Of a stretch of 64,000 nt of DNA, positions 30,792-52,972 are shown one piece after another. The position numbers and the translations under genes are program-made. The DNA comes from Pseudomonadota bacterium (GTDB taxonomy: Bacteria > Pseudomonadota > Alphaproteobacteria > G022571365), in NCBI GenBank assembly GCA_022571365.1, contig JACZXZ010000007.1, positions 3,366 through 67,365 of the forward strand, given 5' to 3'. Numbering within the stretch: position 1 is the first letter of the stretch; each line of letters starts with the position of its first letter. Under the pieces are notes generated by a model. It made no database searches and had not been told where the DNA came from. It worked only from the letters and a program-made list of their open reading frames with translations.

Positions 30792-31009
30792 GGTCGCAAT
30801 GGGTCCCGACGGACGGCCGGGAAAGCGTGCCCGATGAAGCGTGGCGCTCCCCGGCCTTCCTGCCTTCGCAGACCATGCCGGGCCGCGGAATTGCCGCGGC
30901 GTCCGGGCGTGACCTCACGGCGGGCTGGCGCGGCCAGCCGCCTTCGCCGGGCCCCAGGGCGGGTGTCGGCTGAAGGGCGCATATCATGACGAGTCCAAGA
31001 GGAGTGGTA

Positions 31010-39449
<8,440 letters not shown>

Positions 39450-39549
39450 TCTTCCGCATCCGCACCTCCCGCCTCCGGGCCGTGTCCTCCCGACCGCGCC
39501 GGGACGCGGAGACGGTGCTCAAAGCCCTTGGAAATCCGCCTTTTTTTGC

Positions 39550-39578
39550 TTGACTGAGGTTGGGCGTCTCACTAGTAT
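39550..39578 (+). promoter_or_regulatory. sigma70 promoter of the str operon
   Basis: TTGACT-17 bp-TAGTAT with an upstream T-tract. Confidence 0.7.
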
Positions 39579-39593
39579 GCGCCCACCTTTTTA

Positions 39594-39712
39594 GGGAGTT
39601 GGTGGTAGGACAAAGTCCTAGACGCAACTCCCGGCGATTGTTAAGGGAAACTCGTCCCACGCCACGCGAGTGTCGAGACTGACCCGCCGGGAGCAAGGTG
39701 GGTTTATTTTTT
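39594..39712 (+). promoter_or_regulatory. structured rpsL leader with alternative hairpins and a terminator-like element
   Basis: Mutually exclusive pairings 39594-39601/39625-39632, 39628-39636/39685-39693 and 39682-39688/39697-39703, followed by TTATTTTTT. Confidence 0.5.
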
Positions 39713-39757
39713 GCGTTTTGTCCTCGGACCGGAGCATGCGTGTAGGAAGCGACGTTC

Positions 39758-40129
39758 ATGCCGACGATCAACCAGTTGATCCGTATGCCACGGCGCGCGC
39801 CCAAGGCGCGCAACAAGGTACCTGCCTTGGAACGCTGTTCGCAGAAGCGCGGGGTATGCACGCGCGTCTATACGACGACGCCGAAAAAGCCGAACTCGGC
39901 CTTACGGAAAGTCGCCCGTGTGCGGCTCACCAACGGCTTCGAGGTCACCAGCTACATCCCCGGCGAAGGCCATAATCTGCAGGAACACTCGGTCGTCCTA
40001 ATCCGCGGCGGCCGGGTCAAGGATCTGCCGGGGGTACGCTACCACATCATCCGCGGCACCCTCGACACGCAGGGGGTCGGAGATCGCCGCCAGCGCCGCT
40101 CGAAATACGGCGCCAAGCGCCCGAAATAG
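39758..40129 (+). CDS. rpsL: 30S protein S12
   Basis: [27 protein letters not shown]. Confidence 0.99.
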   Translation: MPTINQLIRMPRRAPKARNKVPALERCSQKRGVCTRVYTTTPKKPNSALRKVARVRLTNGFEVTSYIPGEGHNLQEHSVVLIRGGRVKDLPGVRYHIIRGTLDTQGVGDRRQRRSKYGAKRPK

Positions 40130-40140
40130 GACAAATAGAG

Positions 40141-40611
40141 ATGCCCCGCCGCCGGGCCGCGGAGAAACGCGAGATCCTGCCCGATGCCAAGTACCGTGAT
40201 GTGGTGCTGGCCAAGTTCATCAACTGCCTGATGCACGGGGGCAAGAAATCGGGCGCCGAGAAGATCGTTTACAGCGCCTTGGACGATGTCGGAAAGCGCA
40301 CCGGACAGGAACCGCTCAAGGTCTTTCGCGAGGCGCTGGAAAACGTCAAGCCTTCCCTTGAGGTGCGCTCGCGCCGGGTCGGCGGCGCCACCTACCAGGT
40401 GCCGATCGAGGTCCGCGAGGAGCGCTCCCGGGCGTTGGCGATCCGGTGGATCATCGACGGTGCCCGCGGCCGTTCGGAGCACACCATGGTCGAGCGGCTC
40501 TCCCGCGAATTGATGGAAGCCGCAGAGAAGCGCGGCACCTCGGTGAAGAAGCGGGAAGATACCCATCGTATGGCCGAGGCCAACCGGGCCTTCTCCCATT
40601 ACCGCTGGTAG
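40141..40611 (+). CDS. rpsG: 30S protein S7
   Basis: [26 protein letters not shown]. Confidence 0.99.
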   Translation: MPRRRAAEKREILPDAKYRDVVLAKFINCLMHGGKKSGAEKIVYSALDDVGKRTGQEPLKVFREALENVKPSLEVRSRRVGGATYQVPIEVREERSRALAIRWIIDGARGRSEHTMVERLSRELMEAAEKRGTSVKKREDTHRMAEANRAFSHYRW

Positions 40612-40640
40612 ATCGCTGGCCAGAGCAGAGTGGACCGGCC

Positions 40641-42716
<2,076 letters not shown>

Positions 42717-42766
42717 CGGCCTTTTCAGATTCTTAACTGGAGCATCCGAGGACGGAGAACACAGCG

Positions 42767-43960
42767 ATGGCGAAGAAAGCGAAGTTTGAGCGGACGAAGC
42801 CGCACTGCAATGTTGGGACGATAGGCCATGTAGATCATGGCAAGACGACGTTGACGTCGGCGATTACGAAGCTGTTGGCGGCGACGGGTGGGGCTGAGTT
42901 CATCCCGTTTGGGGAGATTGACAAGGCGCCGGAGGAGAAGGCTCGGGGGATCACGATTGCCACGGCGCATGTGGAATACGAGACCGAGCGGCGGCATTAC
43001 GCCCATGTGGACTGTCCGGGTCACGCCGATTATGTGAAGAACATGATCACGGGGGCGGCGCAGATGGACGGGGCGGTTTTGGTGGTTTCGGCGGCGGACG
43101 GTCCGATGCCGCAGACCCGGGAGCACATTCTGTTGGCGCGCCAGGTGGGGGTTCCGGCGATTGTTGTTTATCTGAACAAGGTGGACACGGTTGACGACCC
43201 GGAGCTGTTGGAATTGGTTGAGCTTGAGATCCGGGAGCTGCTCACCTCCTATGATTTTCCGGGGGACGATATACCGGTTGTGAAGGGCTCGGCGCTGGCG
43301 GCGTTGGAAGGTGGGGACAAGACTCTGGGCGAGGACTCGGTGGTGGCGTTGTTGGCGGCGATTGACGACTACATTCCCCAGCCGGACCGTGCGAAGGACC
43401 GGCCGTTTTTGATGCCGATTGAGGATGTGTTCTCGATCTCGGGCCGGGGCACGGTTGTGACCGGCCGGATCGAGCGCGGGGTTGTGAAGGTTGGCGACGA
43501 GGTTGAGATTATCGGCATCCGGGAGACCCAGAAGACGATCTGTACCGGGGTGGAGATGTTCCGCAAGCTTCTCGACCGGGGGGAGGCGGGGGACAATGTT
43601 GGCTGTCTTCTCCGGGGCGTGGGCCGGGACGAGGTGGAGCGGGGCCAGGTGTTGGCGGCGCCGGGGTCGATCACGCCGCACACCAAGTTCACGTGCGAGG
43701 CCTATATTCTGACCAAGGAGGAGGGCGGGCGGCACACGCCGTTTTTCACCAACTACCGGCCCCAGTTCTACTTCCGCACCACGGACGTGACCGGGCGGGT
43801 TGCCCTGCCGGAGGGGACGGAGATGGTGATGCCGGGGGACAACGTGTCGATGGAGGTTGAGCTGATCGCCCCGATTGCGATGGACGAAGGGCTCCGCTTC
43901 GCGATCCGCGAGGGCGGGCGCACGGTCGGGGCCGGCGTCGTCGCCTCCATCATCGAGTAG
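42767..43960 (+). CDS. tuf: elongation factor Tu (copy 2)
   Basis: Protein identical to the 26073-27266 copy. Confidence 0.99.
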   Translation: MAKKAKFERTKPHCNVGTIGHVDHGKTTLTSAITKLLAATGGAEFIPFGEIDKAPEEKARGITIATAHVEYETERRHYAHVDCPGHADYVKNMITGAAQMDGAVLVVSAADGPMPQTREHILLARQVGVPAIVVYLNKVDTVDDPELLELVELEIRELLTSYDFPGDDIPVVKGSALAALEGGDKTLGEDSVVALLAAIDDYIPQPDRAKDRPFLMPIEDVFSISGRGTVVTGRIERGVVKVGDEVEIIGIRETQKTICTGVEMFRKLLDRGEAGDNVGCLLRGVGRDEVERGQVLAAPGSITPHTKFTCEAYILTKEEGGRHTPFFTNYRPQFYFRTTDVTGRVALPEGTEMVMPGDNVSMEVELIAPIAMDEGLRFAIREGGRTVGAGVVASIIE

Positions 43961-44017
43961 AACCTCGAATAGCGGGAAAAGGTTAAAAGGTTAAAGGGCG
44001 AATCAAGGGTCTCGATC

Positions 44018-44326
44018 ATGGCCGGTCAAAACATCCGCATCCGTCTCAAGGCTTTCGATCATCGCGTGCTCGACCAGTCGGCCAGCGAGATCGTCAGCAC
44101 CGCCAAGCGCACCGGCGCGGGGGTCCGCGGGCCGATCCCCCTTCCCACCAAGATCGAAAAGTACACGGTGAACCGTTCGCCGCATATCGACAAGAAGTCG
44201 CGAGAGCAGTTCGAGATCCGTATCCACAAGCGGCTTCTCGACATCATCAATCCAACGCCCCAGACGGTGGACGCGCTGATGAAGCTGGATCTCGCGGCCG
44301 GCGTCGACGTGGAGATCAAGCTCTAA
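44018..44326 (+). CDS. rpsJ: 30S protein S10
   Basis: [29 protein letters not shown]. Confidence 0.99.
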   Translation: MAGQNIRIRLKAFDHRVLDQSASEIVSTAKRTGAGVRGPIPLPTKIEKYTVNRSPHIDKKSREQFEIRIHKRLLDIINPTPQTVDALMKLDLAAGVDVEIKL

Positions 44327-44339
44327 AGGGGCCGCGCTC

Positions 44340-45173
44340 ATGCGATCCGGACTCATCGCACAGAAGGTCGGGATGACCCGCGTCTTCACCGAAGACGGCA
44401 CGCACGTGCCCGTGACCGTGTTGAAGATCGACGGTTGCCAGGTGGTGGCGACCCGCACCTCGGAGCGCCACGGCTATACGGCCGTCCAGCTCGGGTTCGG
44501 TGGAGCCAAGGTCAAGAACGTGACCAAGCCCATGCGCGGCCATTTCGCCAAGGCCAAGGTTGAGCCCAAGCGGAAGCTGGCCGAGTTCCGGGTCAGCCCC
44601 GACGCGCTGATCGAGGTCGGCGCGGAGCTCACGGCCGACCATTTCGTCTGCGGCCAGTATGTCGATGTCGCCGGGACGGCCATCGGCAAGGGGTTTGCCG
44701 GGGTCATAAAACGCCATGGGTTCCGGGGCTTGGGGGCCTCCCACGGCGTCTCGGTGAGCCACCGCAAACAAGGCTCGACCGGCCACAGCCAGGATCCGGG
44801 CAAGGTCTTCAAGGGCAAGAAAATGGCCGGCCATATGGGCGACATCCGGGTCACTACCCAGAACCTCCAGGTCGTTTCCACCGACGCCGAAAACGGCCTC
44901 ATCCTGATCCGGGGCGCGGTGCCGGGCGCCAAAGGCAGCTACGTGCTGGTCACCGATGCCCGGAAGAGACGGCTGCCCGAGGGCGTGCCGTTCCCAGCCG
45001 GCCTGCGCCAGACCGGCCAGCCGGCGGCGGCGGACAAGAGCGCGGCTTCCGCGCCGGCCGCTCAGGCGTCCGATGAGCCGGCAGCGGAGGCCGAAGAGAC
45101 GGCGGCGGAGGCCGAAGAGACGGCGGACGACTCCACCTCGGATGCGGCCGGGGTTCCGGAGGCCAAGGATTGA
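44340..45173 (+). CDS. rplC: 50S protein L3 with acidic C-terminal extension
   Basis: [29 protein letters not shown]; 21-bp duplication at 45084-45125 in the tail. Confidence 0.98.
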   Translation: MRSGLIAQKVGMTRVFTEDGTHVPVTVLKIDGCQVVATRTSERHGYTAVQLGFGGAKVKNVTKPMRGHFAKAKVEPKRKLAEFRVSPDALIEVGAELTADHFVCGQYVDVAGTAIGKGFAGVIKRHGFRGLGASHGVSVSHRKQGSTGHSQDPGKVFKGKKMAGHMGDIRVTTQNLQVVSTDAENGLILIRGAVPGAKGSYVLVTDARKRRLPEGVPFPAGLRQTGQPAAADKSAASAPAAQASDEPAAEAEETAAEAEETADDSTSDAAGVPEAKD

Positions 45174-45178
45174 TGGCC

Positions 45179-45795
45179 ATGAAGTGCAAGGTTATCAGCC
45201 TGGACAACAGGTCGGCCGGGAGCATCGAGCTGGACGACGAGGTATTCGGCCTGCCCGTTCGCAAGGATATCCTTCAGCGCATGGTCAACTGGCAGCTCGC
45301 GAAACGCCGTGCCGGCACCCATAAAACCAAGGGTTTGAGTGAGGTCCGAGGCTCGACCCGCAAGCCGCACCGGCAGAAGGGCACCGGCCGGGCCCGGGCC
45401 GGCACCCGTCGCGCCCCCCAGCACCGGGGCGGCGCCGTGGTCTTCGGCCCCGTGGTGCGCAGCCATGGCTTCAAGCTGCCCAGGAAGGTGCGCAGGCTTG
45501 CGCTGAAGACCGCGCTGTCGAGTAAGCAGGCCGACGGCAAGCTGGTGGTGCTTGAGGCGGCCGAGTTGGATGAGGCCAAGACCCGGGAGCTGGCGAAGCG
45601 CCTCGATGCGCTCGGCTGGTCGTCGGCGCTGATCATCGACGGTCCGGAGCTGAACCAGAACTTCGTCCGCGCCGCGGCCAACCTTCCCCAAGTCGACCTG
45701 CTGCCCCAGCAAGGCGCCAACGTCTACGACATCTTGCGCCGCGACACCCTGGTGCTGACCCGGGATGCGGTCCAGCATCTGGAGGCCCGGCTGAA

Positions 45796-45799
<4 letters not shown>
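45179..45799 (+). CDS. rplD: 50S protein L4
   Basis: [26 protein letters not shown]. Confidence 0.98.
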
Positions 45800-46119
<320 letters not shown>

Positions 46120-46122
46120 GCC

Positions 46123-46953
46123 ATGGCTTTGAGGACCTTCAATCCCACCACCCCGTCGCGCCGCGGCCTCGTCCTGGTCGACCGCTCGGAGTTGTGGAAG
46201 GGCAAGCCGGTCAAGGCGTTGACCGAGGGCCTCTCGGGCAAGGGCGGGCGCAACAACACCGGCCGCATCACCGCCCGGCGCATTGGCGGCGGCCACAAGC
46301 GGCGCTACCGCATCATCGATTTCAAACGGCGCAAGTTCGACGTGCCGGCGACGGTGGAAAGGCTCGAATACGATCCCAATCGGACCGCGTTCATCGCCCT
46401 CATTCGCTATGCTGACGGCGAGCCGTCCTACATCCTGGCGCCGCAGCGGCTTAAGGCGGGCGATCGGGTGACTTCGGGCGAGCGGGCCGACATCAAACCG
46501 GGCAACGCCATGCTGCTGAAGAACATCCCGACCGGCACCATCATTCACAACGTGGAGATGAAACCGGGTAAAGGCGGGCAGCTGGCGCGGGCCGCCGGCA
46601 CCTATGCCCAGCTGGTGGGGCGGGATGCCGGCTACGCGCTGCTCAAGTTGTCGTCGGGCGAGGTGCGGATGGTGCTGGCCGAATGCATGGCGAGCATCGG
46701 CGCGGTGTCCAACCCGGACCAACAGAACATCAAGCTCGGCAAGGCCGGCCGCAAGCGCTGGTTGGGCAAACGGCCTTCGGTGCGGGGCGTCGCCATGAAC
46801 CCGGTCGATCACCCCCATGGCGGCGGCGAAGGCCGGAGCTCGGGCGGCCGCCATCCGGTCACACCGTGGGGAAAACCGACCAAGGGCAAGAGGACGCGCA
46901 AGAAGAACAAGCCCACGGACGCGCTGATCGTCCGGTCTCGGCATCGCAAGTAA
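46123..46953 (+). CDS. rplB: 50S protein L2
   Basis: [36 protein letters not shown]. Confidence 0.99.
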   Translation: MALRTFNPTTPSRRGLVLVDRSELWKGKPVKALTEGLSGKGGRNNTGRITARRIGGGHKRRYRIIDFKRRKFDVPATVERLEYDPNRTAFIALIRYADGEPSYILAPQRLKAGDRVTSGERADIKPGNAMLLKNIPTGTIIHNVEMKPGKGGQLARAAGTYAQLVGRDAGYALLKLSSGEVRMVLAECMASIGAVSNPDQQNIKLGKAGRKRWLGKRPSVRGVAMNPVDHPHGGGEGRSSGGRHPVTPWGKPTKGKRTRKKNKPTDALIVRSRHRK

Positions 46954-46967
46954 AAGGGGGACTGGAG

Positions 46968-47246
46968 GTGCCTCGTTCAGTCTGGAAAGGACCGTTTGTG
47001 GACGGCTATCTGCTCAAGAAGGCGGACGCACTCCGCGTCTCCGGCCGTAATGAGGTCATCAAGACGTGGTCGCGCAGGTCCACCATCCTGCCCCAGTTCG
47101 TGGGGCTCACCTTCGGCGTCCACAATGGCCACAAGTTCGTGCCGGTGCTGGTGACAGAAGACATGATCGGCCACAAATTCGGCGAGTTTTCGCCGACCCG
47201 CACGTTCTACGGCCACGCCGCCGACAAGAGGGCGAGGAGGGGCTGA
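46968..47246 (+). CDS. rpsS: 30S protein S19
   Basis: [29 protein letters not shown]. Confidence 0.98.
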   Translation: MPRSVWKGPFVDGYLLKKADALRVSGRNEVIKTWSRRSTILPQFVGLTFGVHNGHKFVPVLVTEDMIGHKFGEFSPTRTFYGHAADKRARRG

Positions 47247-47249
47247 GCC

Positions 47250-47639
47250 GTGGGCAAACAATCCGCCGAACGCCGTCTGGCCGACAACGAGGCGCGGGCC
47301 TACGCCCGCCTCCTGCGCGTGAGCCCGCGCAAGCTCAACCTGGTGGCCCAGTTGATCCGCGGCAAGGACGCGAGCGCTGCGCTCACGGATCTCACCTTCT
47401 CGAAGCGGCGCATCGCGCGTGAGGTCAAAAAGGTTCTGGAATCAGCCGTCGCCAATGCCGAGAACAACCACCAGCTCGACGTCGACCGGCTGTTCGTCGC
47501 CGAGGCCACGGTGGGCCGGAGCCTGGTCATGAAACGCTTCCGCGCCCGCGCCCGCGGACGCCCCGGCGGCATCCAGAAACCGATTTCCAATCTGACCGTG
47601 ATTGTGCGCGAGCGCGAGGAGGCGGAGGAGGAAGCCTGA
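47250..47639 (+). CDS. rplV: 50S protein L22
   Basis: [31 protein letters not shown]. Confidence 0.98.
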   Translation: MGKQSAERRLADNEARAYARLLRVSPRKLNLVAQLIRGKDASAALTDLTFSKRRIAREVKKVLESAVANAENNHQLDVDRLFVAEATVGRSLVMKRFRARARGRPGGIQKPISNLTVIVREREEAEEEA

Positions 47640-48328
47640 TGGGCCAGAAGGTTAATCCGATCGGATTTAGGCTGGGCATCAACCGCACCTGGGATTCGCG
47701 GTGGTTCGCCGGCCGCGATTACGCCGACTTGCTCCACAAAGACCTGCGCTTGCGCGACTACCTGTTCAAGCGTCTGGACCAGGCCGGCGTGAGCAGGATC
47801 GTCATCGAGCGGCCGGCCAAGAAGGCGCGGATCACCATTCACACCGCCCGGCCCGGCGTGGTGATCGGCAAGAAAGGCACCGATATCGATAAGCTGCGCG
47901 CCGATCTGGTAAAGATGACGGGCGGCGAGGTGCACCTCAACATCGTGGAGATCCGTAAACCCGAAATCGAGGCCAAGCTGGTTGCCGAGAACATCGCCCA
48001 GCAGCTCGTGCGCCGGATCGCCTTCCGCCGCGCCATGAAGCGGGCGGTGCAGTCGGCCATGCGGCTCGGTGCCCTTGGCATCCGAATCAACTGCGGCGGC
48101 CGACTGGGCGGCTCGGAGTTCTCGCGCATGGAGTGGTACCGCGAGGGCCGGGTGCCGCTCCACACCCTGCGCGCCGAGGTGGACTACGGCGTGGCGACGG
48201 CCCGAACCACTTACGGCACCTGCGGCGTCAAGGTATGGATCTTCAAGGGCGAGGTCATGGCCCACGACCCGATGGCCCAGGACAAACGCATTGCCGAGCA
48301 GCAACAGTTTGGCCGCCCGCGCGCGTGA
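47639..48328 (+). CDS. rpsC: 30S protein S3
   Basis: [33 protein letters not shown]. Confidence 0.99.
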   Translation: MGQKVNPIGFRLGINRTWDSRWFAGRDYADLLHKDLRLRDYLFKRLDQAGVSRIVIERPAKKARITIHTARPGVVIGKKGTDIDKLRADLVKMTGGEVHLNIVEIRKPEIEAKLVAENIAQQLVRRIAFRRAMKRAVQSAMRLGALGIRINCGGRLGGSEFSRMEWYREGRVPLHTLRAEVDYGVATARTTYGTCGVKVWIFKGEVMAHDPMAQDKRIAEQQQFGRPRA

Positions 48329-48348
48329 GCTGAAGAGGACCAAGAGCT

Positions 48349-48768
48349 GTGTTGAGCCCCAAGCGCACCAAGTACAGAAAGCAGCATAAGGGTCGTATCC
48401 ACGGCATGGCCAGGAGCGCGACCAGCCTCCATTTCGGCTCATACGGCCTCAAGGCGGCCTCGCCGGGCCGGGTCACGGCGCGCCAGATCGAGGCGGCGCG
48501 GCAGGCACTCACCCGTCACATGAAACGCGCCGGCCGCGTGTGGATTCGCATCTTCCCGGACGTGCCGGTCTCCGCCAAGCCGGCCGAGGTGCGCATGGGC
48601 AGCGGCAAGGGCTCGCCCGAATACTGGGCGTGCCGGGTCAAGCCGGGACGGATCATGTTTGAAATCGACGGCGTGCCCCCGGACCTGGCGCGACGCGCGC
48701 TCGAACTCGCCGCCTCCAAGCTTTCGGTCGACACCCGCTTCATCACGCGCGTCGGCCTGGAGGACTGA
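48349..48768 (+). CDS. rplP: 50S protein L16
   Basis: [21 protein letters not shown]; exact start uncertain (GTG 48349 or TTG 48352). Confidence 0.98.
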   Translation: MLSPKRTKYRKQHKGRIHGMARSATSLHFGSYGLKAASPGRVTARQIEAARQALTRHMKRAGRVWIRIFPDVPVSAKPAEVRMGSGKGSPEYWACRVKPGRIMFEIDGVPPDLARRALELAASKLSVDTRFITRVGLED

Positions 48769-48771
48769 GCC

Positions 48772-48969
48772 GTGAAAGCCGAGGACCTGCGTGCCAAGAC
48801 CGATGACGAGCTCACGGACCAGTTCAAGGACCTCAAGAAGGAGGCGTTCAACCTGCGCTTCCAGCGGGCCAGCGGTCAGCTCGAGAACACCGCGCGGGTG
48901 CGCCAGGTGCGCCGCGACATCGCCCGCATCAAGACGACCCTCATCGAGAGGCGTCGGGCGGCGAGCTGA
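48772..48969 (+). CDS. rpmC: 50S protein L29
   Basis: [24 protein letters not shown]. Confidence 0.97.
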   Translation: MKAEDLRAKTDDELTDQFKDLKKEAFNLRFQRASGQLENTARVRQVRRDIARIKTTLIERRRAAS

Positions 48970-48979
48970 GGGGACGAAG

Positions 48980-49225
48980 ATGCCAAGGCGAATCCTGCAA
49001 GGAACGGTGGTCGCCGATGCCTGTGACAAGACGGTCACCGTGCGCGTGCACCGCCGGTTCAAGCATCCGTTCTATAAGAAATTCATCGTGCGCTCGAACA
49101 AATTTGCCGCCCATGACGAGGAAAACCGGTTCAAGGTGGGCGATGCCGTGCGCATCCGCGAATGCCGCCCGCGCTCGAAACGCAAGTGCTGGGAAGTGAT
49201 CGCCGAGGACGGCGAGGCGGGGTAG
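48980..49225 (+). CDS. rpsQ: 30S protein S17
   Basis: [27 protein letters not shown]. Confidence 0.97.
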   Translation: MPRRILQGTVVADACDKTVTVRVHRRFKHPFYKKFIVRSNKFAAHDEENRFKVGDAVRIRECRPRSKRKCWEVIAEDGEAG

Positions 49226-49231
49226 GAAAGC

Positions 49232-49600
49232 ATGATTCAGATGCAGACCATTCTGGGAGTCGCGGACAACTCCGGTGCCCGCAAGGTGCAGTGCATCAAG
49301 GTGCTGGGCGGCTCCAATCGCAAGACCGCCTCGATCGGCGACGTCATCGTCGTCTCGGTCAAGGAGGCGATCCCGCGCGGCCGCGTGAAAAAGGGCGAAA
49401 TCCACCGCGCCCTGGTGGTTCGCACGGCTAAGGAGATTCGCCGACCCGACGGCAGCGCCATTCGCTTCGATCGCAACGCCGCGGTGCTCATCACCACCCA
49501 AGGCGAGCCCATTGGCACGCGCATTTTCGGCCCCGTCACCCGCGAGCTCAGGGCCAAGCGCTACCTGAAAATCATCTCGCTCGCGCCGGAGGTGTTGTGA
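49232..49600 (+). CDS. rplN: 50S protein L14
   Basis: [28 protein letters not shown]. Confidence 0.99.
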   Translation: MIQMQTILGVADNSGARKVQCIKVLGGSNRKTASIGDVIVVSVKEAIPRGRVKKGEIHRALVVRTAKEIRRPDGSAIRFDRNAAVLITTQGEPIGTRIFGPVTRELRAKRYLKIISLAPEVL

Positions 49601-49923
49601 CCGCCGTCAAGATGAAAATTAAGAAAGGCGATAGCGTGATCGTCATCACCGGCAGGGACAAGGGCAAGATGGGCGACGTGCTGAAAGTCCTGCGCCGCGA
49701 GAACCGGGTCATCGTGCAGGGCGTGAACGTGGTTAAGCGGCATACGCGGCCGGGCCCCAAGCAAGCCGGTGGCATTGTCGAGAAGGAGCTGCCGATCCAG
49801 GTCTCCAACATCGCTCTTGTCGACCCGGACTCCGACGCGCCGACCCGGGTCGGCTACAAGTTCCTCGAGGGGGGCCGCAAGGTCCGCTTCGCCCGGCGGT
49901 CCGGCGAGATCATCGACCGTTAG
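49597..49923 (+). CDS. rplX: 50S protein L24
   Basis: [25 protein letters not shown]; start may be the ATG at 49612. Confidence 0.97.
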   Translation: MTAVKMKIKKGDSVIVITGRDKGKMGDVLKVLRRENRVIVQGVNVVKRHTRPGPKQAGGIVEKELPIQVSNIALVDPDSDAPTRVGYKFLEGGRKVRFARRSGEIIDR

Positions 49924-49934
49924 GCGGACGCGCC

Positions 49935-50474
49935 ATGCCGAGACTCAAGGACCACTACGACACGACGGTAAAGCCGGCCCTCGTGCAGCAGTTCGGTTAC
50001 AAGAATCCCATGCAGGTGCCACGGCTCGAGAAAATCGTTGTCAATATGGGGATCGGCGAGGCCGTCCAGGACGCCAAGAAGATGGAAGCCGCGGTCGGCG
50101 ACATGGCACTGATCACCGGCCAGAAGCCCATCGTGATCAAGGCCAAAAAGTCGGTCGCCACGTTCAAGTTGCGCAAGGGCATGGCGATCGGCTGCAAGGT
50201 GACCTTGCGGGGGACGCGAATGTATGAGTTCCTCGATCGCCTGATCACCGTCGCCTTGCCGCGGGTGCGCGACTTCCGCGGTCTGTCGAACGGGAGCTTT
50301 GACGGGCGTGGCAACTTAGCCCTCGGTCTCAAGGAACAGATCGTGTTTCCCGAGATCGATTACGACAAGGTCGATGAGATCCGTGGCATGGACGTCATCA
50401 TCGTCACCACGGCCAAGACCGATGCTGAAGGCTTGGCGTTGCTCAAGGGTTTCGACATGCCGTTCGGAAGCTGA
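49935..50474 (+). CDS. rplE: 50S protein L5
   Basis: [25 protein letters not shown]. Confidence 0.99.
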   Translation: MPRLKDHYDTTVKPALVQQFGYKNPMQVPRLEKIVVNMGIGEAVQDAKKMEAAVGDMALITGQKPIVIKAKKSVATFKLRKGMAIGCKVTLRGTRMYEFLDRLITVALPRVRDFRGLSNGSFDGRGNLALGLKEQIVFPEIDYDKVDEIRGMDVIIVTTAKTDAEGLALLKGFDMPFGS

Positions 50475-50492
50475 TTTGAGGAGGTCTCAGAC

Positions 50493-50798
50493 ATGGCAAA
50501 GGTGAGTGCTGTCGAGAAAAATAGGAAACGCAAGCGCCTGGTTGAGAAATACACGGCCAAGCGTGCCCGGCTGAAGGCGATCGCGTGCGACCTGTCGCTG
50601 CCGTCCGAGGAGCGTTTTCTCGCGCGGCTGAAGCTGGCCAAGCTGCCGCGCAATTCCTCGCCGGTCAGGGTGCGCAACCGGTGTGATCTCACCGGCCGTC
50701 CGCGCGGCTTCTACCGCAAGTTCAGGTTATCGCGCATTGCGCTCAGGGAGCTTGCCAGCTCCGGACAGATCCCCGGCATGGTCAAGTCGAGCTGGTAG
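50493..50798 (+). CDS. rpsN: 30S protein S14 (long, non-zinc form)
   Basis: [31 protein letters not shown]. Confidence 0.98.
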   Translation: MAKVSAVEKNRKRKRLVEKYTAKRARLKAIACDLSLPSEERFLARLKLAKLPRNSSPVRVRNRCDLTGRPRGFYRKFRLSRIALRELASSGQIPGMVKSSW

Positions 50799-50924
50799 GC
50801 GAGGTCTCAAGCCATGACTATGAGCGATACCGTGGGGGACATGCTGACGCGTCTCAGAAGTAGGCGAGGTTTCAAGCCATGACTATGAGCGATACCGTGG
50901 GGGACATGCTGACGCGTATCAGAA
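50795..50924 (+). repeat. 65-bp tandem duplication of the rpsH RBS and 5' coding region
   Basis: 50795-50859 versus 50860-50924, two mismatches. Confidence 0.95.
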
Positions 50925-51277
50925 ATGGTCAGCGCGCGCACAAGCCGGCCGTGAGCTCTCCGGCCTCGAATCTGCGTGCCAACGTGCTCGAAGTGCTGAA
51001 GCGGGAAGGCTATATTCGCGGCTATTCCCGCCATGAAATCCGGACGGGGATCTCCGAGCTGCGAATCGAGCTCAAATACTACGAGGGCGAGCCCGTGATT
51101 AAGGAGATCACCCGGGTCTCCAAGCCCGGCCGCCGCGTCTATTCCAAGATCAAGGACTTGCCGTCGGTCTATGGCGGGCTCGGCATCGCCATCCTGTCGA
51201 CGCCGCGCGGGGTAATGTCGGACAGCGAGGCGCGTACCGCCCATGTCGGCGGCGAGGTCTTGTGCCGGGTATTTTAA
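50879..51277 (+). CDS. rpsH: 30S protein S8
   Basis: [32 protein letters not shown]. Confidence 0.98.
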   Translation: MTMSDTVGDMLTRIRNGQRAHKPAVSSPASNLRANVLEVLKREGYIRGYSRHEIRTGISELRIELKYYEGEPVIKEITRVSKPGRRVYSKIKDLPSVYGGLGIAILSTPRGVMSDSEARTAHVGGEVLCRVF

Positions 51278-51286
51278 GGAAAGGCC

Positions 51287-51820
51287 ATGTCGCGCATCGG
51301 TAGTAATCCGGTCGAAGTGCCGGGCGGGGTCGAAATCCAAGTCTCCGGCCAGACGGTGACCGCCAAGGGCAGGCTGGGTGAGCGCAGCGTGACCCTGGTC
51401 GACGGAATCACGGTCAGGCTAGAGGACAACAAGCTGTGGCTCAAGCCGCGCGACGAGTCGAAGCGGGCGCGGGCCATGTGGGGCACCTCCCACAGCATGG
51501 TCGACAATCTGGTGACCGGCATCGGCGAAGGGTTCACGGCCACCTTGGAGATCAGCGGCGTGGGTTATCGCGCCGCCGTACGGGATAAGACGCTCCACCT
51601 GCAGATCGGATACAGCCACGATGTCGCGTATCCGGTCCCCGAGGACATCGCCATCACCTGCGAACGCCCGACCTTGATCTCGATTACCGGCGCGGACAAG
51701 CAGCGGGTGGGACAGGTGGCCGCCGAAATCCGTGCGCTGCGTAAGCCGGAGCCGTACAAGGGCAAGGGCATCAAGTATGAGAACGAGATCGTCCGCCGCA
51801 AGGAAGGCAAGAAGAAGTAG
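51287..51820 (+). CDS. rplF: 50S protein L6
   Basis: [22 protein letters not shown]. Confidence 0.98.
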   Translation: MSRIGSNPVEVPGGVEIQVSGQTVTAKGRLGERSVTLVDGITVRLEDNKLWLKPRDESKRARAMWGTSHSMVDNLVTGIGEGFTATLEISGVGYRAAVRDKTLHLQIGYSHDVAYPVPEDIAITCERPTLISITGADKQRVGQVAAEIRALRKPEPYKGKGIKYENEIVRRKEGKKK

Positions 51821-51830
51821 AGCCTGCGCC

Positions 51831-52193
51831 ATGCCTACCACAAAGCAGTTGTCCGAGCGCCGCAAGGCGCGGACCCGCACCCGAATCCGAAAAAGGAGCG
51901 GGGGCCGGCCGCGTCTTTCGGTATTCCGTTCGAGCCGGCATATCTACGCTCAGGTGATCGACGATAGTCGCGGCGTCACGCTTGCGGCGGCCTCCACCTT
52001 GGACAAGGCTCTCAAGGGCAAGCTCAAGACGGGGGCCGGTGTCGAGGCCGCCCGGGAAGTCGGCCGCCTGATCGCCGACCGGGCTCAGGCCGCCGGGGTC
52101 AGGGAAGTGGTCCTCGACCGCGGCGCCTATATTTACCATGGGCGGGTCAAGGCCTTCGCGGAGGCTGTTCGCGAGGGGGGTCTGTCGTTCTAG
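51831..52193 (+). CDS. rplR: 50S protein L18
   Basis: [27 protein letters not shown]. Confidence 0.98.
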   Translation: MPTTKQLSERRKARTRTRIRKRSGGRPRLSVFRSSRHIYAQVIDDSRGVTLAAASTLDKALKGKLKTGAGVEAAREVGRLIADRAQAAGVREVVLDRGAYIYHGRVKAFAEAVREGGLSF

Positions 52194-52209
52194 CTGGAAG
52201 GATCGGTAT

Positions 52210-52755
52210 ATGCCAGATACGAGAGCCAGCCACGGAATGCGCGAGGAAAGCGAGTTTCTCGAGAAGCTGGTCAGCATCAACCGGGTGGCGAAGGTGGTCA
52301 AGGGCGGCCGGCGCTTCGGCTTCGCCGCCGTGGTCGTGGTCGGTGATACCAAGGGTCGGGTCGGCCACGGCCATGGCAAGGCGCGCGAGGTGCCGGAGGC
52401 GATCCGCAAGGCGACCGAGCAAGCCAAGCGCAGCCTGGTCCGGGTGCCGCTCAGGGAAGGCCGGACGCTCCACCACGATGTCCAGGGCCGGTTCGGCGCC
52501 GGCCGGGTGGTGCTGCGAACCGCGCCCCCGGGCACCGGCATCATCGCCGGCGGGCCGCTACGAGCGGTTTTCGAGTGCCTGGGCGTCCAGGACGTGGTTG
52601 GCAAATCCATCGGCAGCTCCAACCCGCACAACACGATTAAGGCGACCTTCGACGGGTTCCGCAAGCTCGTTTCACCGCGCGCCGTCGCCGCCAAGCGGGG
52701 CAAGAAGATCGGCGAGATCGTCAGCCGGCGCGGGAGCGCGGGGGCCAGGGAGTAA
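52210..52755 (+). CDS. rpsE: 30S protein S5
   Basis: [35 protein letters not shown]. Confidence 0.98.
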   Translation: MPDTRASHGMREESEFLEKLVSINRVAKVVKGGRRFGFAAVVVVGDTKGRVGHGHGKAREVPEAIRKATEQAKRSLVRVPLREGRTLHHDVQGRFGAGRVVLRTAPPGTGIIAGGPLRAVFECLGVQDVVGKSIGSSNPHNTIKATFDGFRKLVSPRAVAAKRGKKIGEIVSRRGSAGARE

Positions 52756-52759
52756 GACC

Positions 52760-52954
52760 ATGGTGGAGAAAAAGCGCACCATCAAGGTGACCCAGATCGC
52801 AAGTTCTATCGGGCGCGAGGCCGACCAGCGGCAAACCCTGATCGGCCTGGGGCTCAATAAGCTGCACCGCACGCGCGAGCTTGAGGATACGCCGGCGGTA
52901 CGCGGCATGGTCGACAAGGTCCGGCATCTGGTGCGCGTGAAAGAGGTGGGTTGA
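52760..52954 (+). CDS. rpmD: 50S protein L30
   Basis: [18 protein letters not shown]. Confidence 0.96.
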   Translation: MVEKKRTIKVTQIASSIGREADQRQTLIGLGLNKLHRTRELEDTPAVRGMVDKVRHLVRVKEVG

Positions 52955-52972
52955 GGCCTGGTGGAGGAACCC

